Shown: in pieces, positions 64,000-64,000 of the stretch
Layout of the letters: every line of letters begins with the position of its first letter
Numbering within the stretch: position 1 is the first letter of the stretch
IMG/VR virus record: IMGVR_UViG_3300048088_000314
Location: 26,805-90,804 of that record
Reading direction: 5' to 3' (one strand)
DNA length: 64,000 bases
DNA from: a virus
Notes under the pieces: generated by a model
Seen by the model: only the letters and a program-made list of their open reading frames with translations
Database searches by the model: none
Told to the model about the DNA's origin: nothing
Made by a program: the position numbers and the translations under genes

Positions 64000-64000
64000 G

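Noticed and set aside
1-64000. tRNA, rRNA, integrase, transposase, reverse transcriptase/DGR
   Set aside because: No supporting motifs seen by eye; a tRNAscan/HMM run would be needed to exclude them.

Overview
High-GC tailed-phage (or prophage) DNA. The host is probably alphaproteobacterial, judged from an alpha-type LexA DNA-binding domain. Layout: (1) 1-24.7 kb, + strand virion/ejection genes, including a 1934-aa ejection protein and a 4611-aa DarB-like polyvalent protein; (2) 24.7-38.1 kb, surface-modification morons, secreted and virion-like proteins, endolysin and a capsid-like paralogue; (3) 38.1-47.4 kb, leftward early genes (LexA-DBD, RecT, HIRAN, NAMPT); (4) a divergent promoter pair with a Cro-like gene, then rightward replication genes (RusA, DnaB, VRR-NUC-like); (5) 56.5-64 kb, a leftward operon of small genes downstream of an AAA ATPase. 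I found no terminase, portal, integrase or CI. The standout is a cassette at 1.35-4.2 kb. A Cas7/RAMP-like gene and a partner gene are flanked by two non-coding arrays of 5-nt (NN-GGY) periods punctuated by a GGCGGTC linker, about 26 units in all. It is a candidate RNA-guided system with gapped guides. Also notable: three type II hammerhead ribozymes in one operon; a 16-bp palindrome (GACTCCGCGCGGAGTC) with at least 10 perfect copies spread over the window, one forming a hammerhead stem; and two overprinted genes inside the giant ORF. All protein calls come from motif recognition by eye, not database searches.
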